From: Naegleria gruberi | Taxonomy: Eukaryota | Assembly (NCBI GenBank): GCA_000004985.1 | Contig: GG739154.1 | Reading direction: 5' to 3' (one strand) | DNA: 6,418 nt | Shown here: piece after piece, positions 6,331 to 6,418 of the stretch | How positions within the stretch are numbered: the stretch's first letter is position 1 | Layout: each line of letters opens with the position of its first letter | Notes under the pieces: model-generated | The model's input: the letters and a program-made list of their open reading frames with translations, nothing else | The model's database searches: none | What the model was told of the DNA's origin: nothing | Program-made: the position numbers and the translations under genes

Positions 6331-6418
6331 TTTTTTTAAATGGCCATGAATCGGTTCGATAATTGATGGAGAAATGGCAAACCAGATATCTGGAATAAAA
6401 ATACCAAATTACAAAATG

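Noticed and set aside
6340-6375. GGTTCGATAA, resembling a tRNA T-loop (GGTTCGAATCC).
   Set aside because: It has no complementary acceptor stem, no anticodon-arm structure and no downstream TCC or CCA context. It is an isolated partial motif.

Overview
The window looks eukaryotic rather than prokaryotic, and nematode-like. It is AT-rich with low coding density. Codon usage is Caenorhabditis-type (GGA, CCA, GCT, CTT/CTC, TTC, CAA), there are TTTTCAG/TTTCAG splice-acceptor motifs, and AATAAA signals lie 70-150 nt after stop codons. An 889-nt N-run (1752..2640) is a scaffold gap and truncates one gene. I can support the following from the sequence. (1) A 100-aa secreted Ala/Tyr/Asn/Thr-rich low-complexity protein on the plus strand (485..787). 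(2) The 5' end of a plus-strand gene with a clean TATAAATA box (1603 into the gap). (3) A G-poor low-complexity ORF (2761..3210) of uncertain reality. (4) A roughly 300-aa secreted, Cys-containing protein of no family I recognise on the minus strand (4694..5611), preceded by a consensus TTTTCAG acceptor. (5) A speculative 58-aa signal-peptide plus 8-Cys knottin-like peptide ORF on the minus strand (1105..1281), likely favoured by an A-poor strand. Degenerate GATGA-rich tandem repeats (about 3640..4180 and 5795..5930) flank gene (4), and a 3-copy ATTTAATTTYC repeat follows ORF (3). I see no CRISPR array, tRNA, rRNA, transposon termini or prokaryotic operon structure. Nothing here amounts to a clearly novel system; the best leads are the unclassified secreted protein within its repeat-rich neighbourhood and the small Cys-rich peptide candidate.
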